Source of the DNA: a virus
Length of the DNA stretch: 64,000 bases
Virus record (IMG/VR): IMGVR_UViG_3300025536_000011
Direction: 5' to 3' (one strand)
In this document: one piece after another, positions 57,901-64,000 of the stretch
Layout: each line of letters begins with the position of its first letter
How positions within the stretch are numbered: position 1 is the first letter of the stretch
Program-made: the position numbers and the translations under genes
The notes under the pieces: model-generated
Told to the model about the DNA's origin: nothing
Seen by the model: only the letters and a program-made list of their open reading frames with translations
Database searches by the model: none

Positions 57901-58203
57901 ATTTCGCCACCCAATATTATTCTCAGCTAGAATGGTTATATGAGACGTTTGCCGCAACTTTGCGGACTTAGATTCGGTGCAATCTTCTACAAAATTAAAC
58001 TCTACACCCTGGATTGGTTTGATACCGGCCTTCTGGGCTTCTGTATAAAAATTAATTGCATCAAATAAATTACCATGATTAGTAATGGCTAGAGCAGTCA
58101 TATTAAGGCTCTTGGCTTTTTTAACTAGATTTGCAACAGTGGCCATACCATCCAACATGGAGCCGATACTATGTGTATGCAAGTGCGTAAATTGCTTAGG
58201 CAT
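54934..58203 (-). CDS. dnaE: DNA polymerase III alpha subunit (family C)
   Basis: PHP HLHTHS..S.LDG, KPRID, GPGRGS..GSLVAY, ERFLN, PDIDTD, GVFQLES, FNLSHS, C-terminal OB fold. Confidence 0.96.
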   Translation of the reverse strand: MPKQFTHLHTHSIGSMLDGMATVANLVKKAKSLNMTALAITNHGNLFDAINFYTEAQKAGIKPIQGVEFNFVEDCTESKSAKLRQTSHITILAENNIGWRNLIHLVSESNKGDCYYYKPRIDFKLLEKYKEGLIILTGCSGGIISKYLHNQDGNKSVLRAEALLRRLMQLFDVNHLYLEVQDHHSDIEKELITELRKLATKYGLKTVATNNVHYIDKDDYHAHATLLNIAETMHTRYSYSNFDCSDYGLKTREEMEALSLTEDELNLTSEIADRCNVEINLKKKRLPSYNKFLPEGIGSKDYLYQLVTVSAIQKGLDIKALYLERINKELSDIDSMGFNDYFLIVWDVIQWCRNNNIFLGPGRGSVGGSLVAYLLGITDIDPIKYNLIWERFLNKGRGGLPDIDTDIQRSKRGLVLQYIKDRFGSDTVAQLPTFSKLAARAVLKDVFRVFGLGFEESNQITNLVPMKNDDHTQISLDEAIKKVPELAAYEVKYKSWFAIARQIEGCYKSLGTHASAVVIADTPFSEGEYPTCKSSDEESIVCGWDMGTVDKLNLLKQDVLGLNTLDVLDDAFRLIKERHGVALNMQSIPLKDQATFDLISLGRTIGVFQLESQLGRSWCRKLTPQSIEEVSDLIALIRPATLDTGMTKKYYETKTGQIPYTPVHPLLDSVVKPTYGILCFQEQTIRAFKELASFTLEECDLIRRAIGKKHPEELKAFKTKFIDGCLKNNILQVDSDAIWDSIEQAAGYQFNLSHSIGYALLSYYTAYLKANFPVEFFCAQLNNSQFSQDALEEIQKFVNDAKLFDIKVLPPSIKSGNLNFMIQDDTTIAFGLSCLKGIGEKTLSKLVKTITGTLLNSYDEFLWALVSAGLNVKVVEALIKSGAFDSFDMPRCRMWAKYVLLSELTTIEQKQLKILVDNNVSKNWVQHLRAMCHETEYIALKEQIKVPNVARRATIRELLNMFDASDPFDGPIEKIGWEKYYLGIPLTGSETDLFKSKDKCKDIIKTFSAGYPIDTIIQIVSVRQIKTKKNDDMAFITGGDHTCQLDNIVIFPQTFNKYKMHLSEGNILRLKGKLDTSGSIIVDVAERLK

Positions 58204-58825
58204 CTCTTTTATATCTTCTTTTTGTAGGTTTAGTTATTGGTGTTCCCGCCGGTTTAGAAATGCGTTCCTTACGGATCTTTTTTAATCGCTCTTTGTTTCG
58301 TTTAGCAAAGTCTGTTTCAATAAAATTATTATCTGAGTCATAATGAGATGCTTTGGCGTCTGGGCATTTAGCTTTATCCCAGATATCACCAACTCTCACT
58401 TTAGTCTTTATACCAAAGATAGCTGGTGGTTTCAACTCAGAATCATCTATAGGTATAAGATTTAAATCGCACCTACATTTAATGATACCGTCTTTAATCT
58501 TTTTATAAAAGTCTTCCGTAGAAGATTCAATATTTTGGTGATTCTCGTCCCAAGATATATGAATAATGCCATTGGAAAAGATACCGACCCTAGTTTGATG
58601 TCCCTGGACGCAAATATATATTTTATCGTCATCAAATTTACTCCGTACTGGTGGTATATATTCTATAAGTTTATTATTAACAGGCTTACATTCACTACAA
58701 ACTTTTAAGAGTTTATCACACTGTCTCACAAACTTCTCATAAGCCTTATGAGACATATGAAAACAAAACGTATGATCTTTATTACACTTGAAATAATATA
58801 ATGCCATTATTCTTTTTCTTCCCAA
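58196..58825 (-). CDS. Hypothetical Cys-rich basic protein
   Basis: Several CxxxH/CxxC/CxC motifs. Confidence 0.5.
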   Translation of the reverse strand: MGRKRIMALYYFKCNKDHTFCFHMSHKAYEKFVRQCDKLLKVCSECKPVNNKLIEYIPPVRSKFDDDKIYICVQGHQTRVGIFSNGIIHISWDENHQNIESSTEDFYKKIKDGIIKCRCDLNLIPIDDSELKPPAIFGIKTKVRVGDIWDKAKCPDAKASHYDSDNNFIETDFAKRNKERLKKIRKERISKPAGTPITKPTKRRYKRDA

Positions 58826-59415
58826 AGTTTATCTACTATACCATATTCAAGAGCCTTATGAGCATCAAAATAACTATCCTCCACTCTTTTACACAAAACG
58901 TCCCAGAATTTAACATCTTTTTTAGTATGCTTCTCCATTAAAGAAAGCCATTTTTGCTGTAGTTCATCTCTATGTTTAGTTGTAGATTTCATTTCCATAT
59001 ATCGTTGTGGCCTGTCAAACTCCCAATGCCCCTCATGTACCATAAACCAGGCATTAGGAGTAGCATATCTCTCACCTTTAGATCCTGCGGCGACTAGCAA
59101 CGGTGCCGCACTCATACATGGGCCTATAGCGACTGTTACTAATGGACACCCTACTGTTCTTATAGCGTCATAAATACCAAACATAAAATATTCATCGCCA
59201 CCAAATGAGCTAACGAATAACTCTATCGGCTCGGTAGTATTTTTAGTCTCCATTAGATAGATACCTTTAATAATAGACCCGGCACTCTCTTGGTCTATAT
59301 CGGCGGTTAAAAATATTCTTCTATTTGCAACATCTACGCCATTAAGGAAGTATTGCTCGATCCAGTCTTTAGATATTGGCTTCGGCATCAAAATTACCTT
59401 TCCAATTTGCTTCAC
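58807..59415 (-). CDS. clpP: ClpP-family protease
   Basis: RRIFL, SSFGG, CMSAA (Ser), FMVHE (His), DSYF.A..ALEYGIVD (Asp). Confidence 0.88.
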   Translation of the reverse strand: MKQIGKVILMPKPISKDWIEQYFLNGVDVANRRIFLTADIDQESAGSIIKGIYLMETKNTTEPIELFVSSFGGDEYFMFGIYDAIRTVGCPLVTVAIGPCMSAAPLLVAAGSKGERYATPNAWFMVHEGHWEFDRPQRYMEMKSTTKHRDELQQKWLSLMEKHTKKDVKFWDVLCKRVEDSYFDAHKALEYGIVDKLWEEKE

Positions 59416-60307
59416 ACTGTTTTATATCACATAGATATTTGCATTTCCAATTAAAATCTCCATCACCAATTACTCTAGTGATATGTTTAGTATTTTTAAT
59501 TTTATTAACTACATCAGCTAAATGACTTTCTAGACTATAATCTTCTTTTTCAGTATAAGCTATCGTCATTGGTTCATCACGCAAGTAATCAAATTTTAAT
59601 ACTACATATTTATATTTATAACCCTTTTGTAATATATCTTCTATAAAAATCTTACGAACAACCCAAGAGTAACAACGGACTTGTATATCGCTAATAAATT
59701 CATCATATTCTGGAATCATTACCCCAGATTTATAATCTATCACCATTACTGTCTCTGGATCTTTTTCTATAACTAAATCTAAATAACCAATCATTTTTGT
59801 ATCTACGCCTTTTATCGGTAAATTATAAGGATATTCTATCCCAAGTATTGACTTAGGATTATCGAAGATAGCTTTATATCTATCAATAGTTTCTGTTAAT
59901 AATCTATGAGATATTTGAAAAAGATTTTTAGGACAACCAGACAAAGCGTCTAAAGGTTCACCACTGACTCTACACCGATCTTTGTCTTTATAGCAACACA
60001 TATCACATCTTGGTTGAATATTTTTAAATTCTTTCTCTTTCGCCCATTTTAACGGGCTCTCCTCTTTTTTATTGCCCTCAATATTATCCTTATAAAGTAA
60101 CTCACCGGAATATCCAGCATATAAGTAATTAACCCAATCCCTATCACCATCAGCATACCTACGTAATATCTCATGTAAAAGAGATCCATGCACTGCCCCC
60201 CAATTTGTCTTTAGTTGTATTTTTAAATGATAATTCATAAAATATTTATAAAGACACATCTCATAAGTTTTAATTCTAGACGCAGATAAAGTCTTTAAAT
60301 CTAACAT
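59369..60307 (-). CDS. PD-(D/E)XK RecB/Cas4-like exonuclease
   Basis: LSASRI..Y..C, G..LH, GYLDLV, IDYKSG, Q...Y, C-terminal CKYLC...C. Confidence 0.85.
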   Translation of the reverse strand: MLDLKTLSASRIKTYEMCLYKYFMNYHLKIQLKTNWGAVHGSLLHEILRRYADGDRDWVNYLYAGYSGELLYKDNIEGNKKEESPLKWAKEKEFKNIQPRCDMCCYKDKDRCRVSGEPLDALSGCPKNLFQISHRLLTETIDRYKAIFDNPKSILGIEYPYNLPIKGVDTKMIGYLDLVIEKDPETVMVIDYKSGVMIPEYDEFISDIQVRCYSWVVRKIFIEDILQKGYKYKYVVLKFDYLRDEPMTIAYTEKEDYSLESHLADVVNKIKNTKHITRVIGDGDFNWKCKYLCDIKQCEANWKGNFDAEANI

Positions 60308-61295
60308 AAATCTCCTCTAACGACATGTCACCAGGTTCTTTTATTAATTTCATATCAGTAATATCTAATATGTCTCCAAATTTTTCTTTTATCTTAATAG
60401 CTAGATTATTACCAGCTTGGTCAGGATCAAATGCCAATGCAAGTCTATTAATACCGTTCTTAATCAATAACTGTACCTGATAATCATTAAATGATGTTCC
60501 TAGAATACCACACCAATTACGTACTTTAGCTTCTTGTAATTTAAAACCATCAAACGGACCTTCGACTAAAATCATAGTATTGAGTTGGCGAGCCGACTCT
60601 TTAGCATAACATAAATTATAGAGAATTTTAGTTTTAAGAAACTCACCTGTATTAGACCACCGATCATAATATCTCCCATGTAACCACTTGGATACTATAT
60701 GACGCTTATCCCATTCATTTTCTGGATAAACAGTCCTGCCAGAGAATCCTATTAAATTCATATGTTCGTCTCTAATAGGCACAATCACTCTATCGTGCAT
60801 AAAACTACCCAAACGATGCCAATATCCAACTTGATATCCTGCTAAAATCTGATGGCAAAGTCCTCTTTGTAGGAGATATGAATGTGTATTATTATAATCC
60901 AAAAATTCGACCAATTCTTCCTTAAGAGGACGATTAGAAATAATAGTATTACGGTGTTGATTATTTCCACTATAAATGGTCGCCTGTCCTTCTAGAACAT
61001 CCTTTAAAAAGGCCAAGGCACGATGGTAGCTACAATCTAATATACTGCGTACTAAGCCAACTACATCGTCACCATACGTATCCTGGCATCCGTGTGACCA
61101 ACATCGCCAATGATTAATTTCTTCATGCCAAGAAAAAGCTGTCCTGTTACTACCATCACCGCCATGTTGTTTACATGGGCAACTACTCTGTAGAATAGCT
61201 CCCTTCTGGCAATATGTGACCCCTAATTTATCTAGGACCAGACTGATATTCTGACATGCCAACTCTTTAAGTTCAATCTTATTGGTCGTCATCAT
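60276..61295 (-). CDS. dnaG: DNA primase (Zn finger + TOPRIM)
   Basis: CPCKQH..WRCWSHGC, YL..RG, RVIVPI, GFSGR, VEGPFD, AFDPDQAG. Confidence 0.92.
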   Translation of the reverse strand: MMTTNKIELKELACQNISLVLDKLGVTYCQKGAILQSSCPCKQHGGDGSNRTAFSWHEEINHWRCWSHGCQDTYGDDVVGLVRSILDCSYHRALAFLKDVLEGQATIYSGNNQHRNTIISNRPLKEELVEFLDYNNTHSYLLQRGLCHQILAGYQVGYWHRLGSFMHDRVIVPIRDEHMNLIGFSGRTVYPENEWDKRHIVSKWLHGRYYDRWSNTGEFLKTKILYNLCYAKESARQLNTMILVEGPFDGFKLQEAKVRNWCGILGTSFNDYQVQLLIKNGINRLALAFDPDQAGNNLAIKIKEKFGDILDITDMKLIKEPGDMSLEEIYVRFKDFICV

Positions 61296-62766
61296 CGTCT
61301 TTTTGATCTCTCTGTTTTTTATATTCTTGTAATCTCTTTTGTTTTTCTTGGAAGAAATTAATAATCTTATATTCTAATTCTTCTAGATGCCCGCAATCTT
61401 TACGAAAATTAATATTAATATGACCATTCGGCGTACCTGGACCAAACCTTCCAGCAAATACCCTAATTAAATGGTCGCCATTCGAATCAAGCATTCTTTC
61501 TTCTTCAGTTTTAACCTTTAGAAGGCTGATAGAGTCAACGTTTTCAACTATACGCTTACCACCAGCTATACAATTAAAATTATCATCTATTTCTTTATTA
61601 GTTTGCCCAAGTGCAAATACTGGCACGTTATAATGGTTGGCAAAATCATGTAATGCGGCGACATTAAGTCCGTGCATCTGCCATTCCGCGACTTTACCCC
61701 CCTTTATCTCATCTAGAGACGAAAGCTTAATATAATCATATATTATCAAGCATTGTGGAGCCTTAGCATCTTTAGACGGCTTAACTCTTGACAAGACCCA
61801 TTGACGCATTTTGGGTATAATCTGTTCCATACCAAGCCCGGCAGCCGGTAAATAATCTATACTAGAGTTATCTATTTTTTCCCAAAGGTCCGGGTCTCTA
61901 AGCCTCTTACCATAATCTACAATAGCTGGAATTTGATCTTCTGGTACCCCCTCTTTATGAAGTTCGTCCTCTGTAAGTTTCCAGAAGCCTGTCTCTAAAA
62001 TATTATATGGTACCCCTGCAAACATACCAACAAATCGTATTGCTTGATTTTTCTCATTAAGTTCTGTATCTATAATCAGCACAGGGACTTTATGCTTGTG
62101 AGCAACAATCTTACCAGCACGTAAAGCGAATTGGCTTTTGCCCATTTTCGCAGACGCAGCCATAAAACTAATGGCACCGTTCCTTATTTGACCACTCCTG
62201 TGCTGCCAAATAGGTAGCCCTATATCCAGACCAAGACTACCGGGGTTATCCGCATATTCCTCAATAATCTTTTTAGCTCTTTTGTTTAGAGATACAATCG
62301 CATGTCTACCATTATCTATGGTGTTGGACTGTTTTAATATCCTAGACTCGACTTCTTGGATAATAGTATCAGGATTATCGGATGTGTCCGCAAGATATGC
62401 TTTAATAGAGTCGGCGGCTCCATCATAATTTCGGATAATAGAGCATTTCTTCACGTCTATGAAAAGTTTCCCAAACTCAGCCGGCTCTACTTTTTGTGCT
62501 AAGATCTCGTCTAAAATAGCTCCGTCTTTAGTGAGGGACATAAAATTATCAATACCAAGGCTTTTAGCTTCGGCGATAATTTTTAACTTACTTAAATTGG
62601 TTGTCTTTTTATCTATAAATAAAGAAGATATGCATTGAAATATAGATTTGCAACTAGGACTTGTAAAATCATCCTCGGTCAAAAATGAATATGCTTCAAA
62701 AAACGTATCAGTGTGTCGTATAAAACAACTAAGTAAAAGTCTCTCTGCCGCTACATTATGACTCAT
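61279..62766 (-). CDS. dnaB: Replicative helicase, DnaB-like
   Basis: AERLLL N-terminus, Walker A AASAKMGKS, IDTEL, IYDYIKL, RFGP. Confidence 0.88.
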   Translation of the reverse strand: MSHNVAAERLLLSCFIRHTDTFFEAYSFLTEDDFTSPSCKSIFQCISSLFIDKKTTNLSKLKIIAEAKSLGIDNFMSLTKDGAILDEILAQKVEPAEFGKLFIDVKKCSIIRNYDGAADSIKAYLADTSDNPDTIIQEVESRILKQSNTIDNGRHAIVSLNKRAKKIIEEYADNPGSLGLDIGLPIWQHRSGQIRNGAISFMAASAKMGKSQFALRAGKIVAHKHKVPVLIIDTELNEKNQAIRFVGMFAGVPYNILETGFWKLTEDELHKEGVPEDQIPAIVDYGKRLRDPDLWEKIDNSSIDYLPAAGLGMEQIIPKMRQWVLSRVKPSKDAKAPQCLIIYDYIKLSSLDEIKGGKVAEWQMHGLNVAALHDFANHYNVPVFALGQTNKEIDDNFNCIAGGKRIVENVDSISLLKVKTEEERMLDSNGDHLIRVFAGRFGPGTPNGHININFRKDCGHLEELEYKIINFFQEKQKRLQEYKKQRDQKDDDDDQ

Positions 62767-63172
62767 TTGAGTTTATAATCAGTCCTATTAATTGTTCCTT
62801 GGTAATGTATTTATCAGTAACTCTCACAATACGAAAACCATTCAACGCACACCACTCTTCTTTTTTCTGATCTCGTATAATTTGTGCCTCAAATGCTTTT
62901 TTAGACCCATGAAAAAAGCTATTATACTTAGAATGCTGCGAACCATCAAACTCAAAAACAATCCCCAAAACAGGAATAAAAAAATCAATAGACAACCTAG
63001 TATCCGGTATAATAAATTCTTCACAAATTACATACCCAGGGTATACTTGTTTAAGCAATTGGCCTAATAAATACTGGCTCTCGGATTTACACTTATCACG
63101 AGACTTTAATCCATGTCGATCTCCAGTAAATTGTCTACTAACCATTCTACCATCAAGGGTCTTAAGCTTCAT
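62756..63172 (-). CDS. Vsr/DUF559-like endonuclease
   Basis: EEF...IDFF, FEFDGSQH, RD..K..WC..NG. Confidence 0.78.
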   Translation of the reverse strand: MKLKTLDGRMVSRQFTGDRHGLKSRDKCKSESQYLLGQLLKQVYPGYVICEEFIIPDTRLSIDFFIPVLGIVFEFDGSQHSKYNSFFHGSKKAFEAQIIRDQKKEEWCALNGFRIVRVTDKYITKEQLIGLIINSNES

Positions 63173-64000
63173 CTTCTATTTCGTCAGTCTCTAACAAACT
63201 ATTAATTGTGTTAGATTTAGTGATAAGCGGTATAAGTTGTGCTTCTAAGTAGTTAAATAATTGAGTATCTAAAATTAAACGACGAGCAGCGTTAATTCTG
63301 CTTGTGGTAATAGTTTTATCAGTTAACGCACCGGACTCATCTAACTTAGGTAATACAACTTGTTTACCCCCTTTGCCACCAGTTTTCAAAAGGCCAAATT
63401 TTAAACACATGTCTAATACTTCAAGTTCTCGCCAATAACCATTAAAATAAAGTAATGGCACCTGTCCCTCGGCAACACCTGGAGCTAATTTATTTTTAAT
63501 TACTTTGTAACGCATAATCTGCCCAATATTACCAGGACCATTAGGGTCCGCAATCATTTGAGCATTGCCAGGCTTCTGGAATTCAATACGCTGCCACGCA
63601 TAAAATCTCACAGCCTTACCGCCAGGGGTTTCTCGCGGATCGCCAAACATAGTAATCTTATCTCTTAATTGATTAATAAAGATCACGAGACAATTGTTCG
63701 CGTATGCCATATTATTTATCTTACGTACAGCATCGCTCATAAGCTTACCATGAGCCCCCATAGTTTGTTCGCCAATCTCTCCGGCTAAAATAGCTTGTGG
63801 TACACACGCATCAATAGAATCTATAACTGCTATTGAATTGGGACATTGCGAAACAAATAACAATATTAATTGTAAAGCTTTTTCGCCAGAGTCGGCTCTA
63901 CCTATATCAAGTAGCTTACTTTTTTCTTTATCTACTAAAAAAGGAGCTATAGTTCTAATACTTTTTAAGAGTTCTGGAGTTAAAGAGCCTTCTTGATTAA
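63162..64000 (-). CDS. recA: RecA recombinase (5' end outside the window)
   Basis: VIDSI, GEIG, IFINQLR.KI.MFGDPRETPGG.A..FYA..R, K..KNK.AP; the frame stays open to the window edge. Confidence 0.92.
   Translation of the reverse strand, partial: NQEGSLTPELLKSIRTIAPFLVDKEKSKLLDIGRADSGEKALQLILLFVSQCPNSIAVIDSIDACVPQAILAGEIGEQTMGAHGKLMSDAVRKINNMAYANNCLVIFINQLRDKITMFGDPRETPGGKAVRFYAWQRIEFQKPGNAQMIADPNGPGNIGQIMRYKVIKNKLAPGVAEGQVPLLYFNGYWRELEVLDMCLKFGLLKTGGKGGKQVVLPKLDESGALTDKTITTSRINAARRLILDTQLFNYLEAQLIPLITKSNTINSLLETDEIEDEA

Noticed and set aside
58807-59415. ClpP as prohead protease marking a head module
   Set aside because: No portal, terminase or capsid genes are adjacent; it lies within the replication operon.
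59369-60307. Cas4-like nuclease as sign of a CRISPR-Cas system
   Set aside because: No repeat-spacer array or other cas genes seen; solo Cas4/RecB-like nucleases are common in phage replication modules.
342-63067. Numerous 60-150 aa ORFs antisense to or nested in recognised genes (e.g. 7552..7935, 27729..28175, 37366..37719, 55439..55843)
   Set aside because: They are shadows of well-supported genes, with no motifs or coupling signals.
1-64000. Stop-codon reassignment (alternative genetic code)
   Set aside because: Long conserved genes (dnaE, nrdJ, dnaB, gmd) are intact in code 11, and TAA, TAG and TGA all end genes at coupled junctions.

Overview
This is a densely packed, AT-rich 64-kb segment of what is almost certainly a large (jumbo-type) dsDNA bacteriophage genome. 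No capsid, terminase or portal gene is visible, so the phage call rests on gene content and organisation. There are two convergent gene blocks. The + strand block (1-10013) holds nucleases, an SMC-like ATPase, a sigma factor, UDG, Met aminopeptidase, peptide deformylase, PhoH and a lipoprotein. The - strand block runs from 64000 down to 10010 in four parts: (i) a replication module (RecA, DnaB, DnaG, Cas4/RecB-like nuclease, ClpP, DnaE, SSB, second sigma); (ii) a ~25.5-kb island of about 13 apparently soluble glycosyltransferase-like genes with GDP-fucose synthesis (gmd/fcl), nucleotidyltransferases, 3 methyltransferases, an ABC-ATPase/GNAT fusion, two free-standing LAGLIDADG endonucleases and an intein-containing GT4; (iii) a nucleotide/iron module (Sak/Rad52-like protein, dUTPase, FAD oxidoreductase, intein-containing class II RNR, an atypical CAT-anticodon tRNA, ferritin, dCMP deaminase, divergent RlmN-like radical SAM, HNH, ThyX); (iv) a tandem family of Ser-Gly-rich putative virion surface/fibre proteins behind a structured leader that can sequester the Shine-Dalgarno site. 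The best candidate for an undescribed system is phage-autonomous, cytoplasmic glycosylation: the glycan island would decorate the Ser-Gly-rich C1q/TNF-like surface proteins. All family calls come from recognising motifs by eye; no database search was run.
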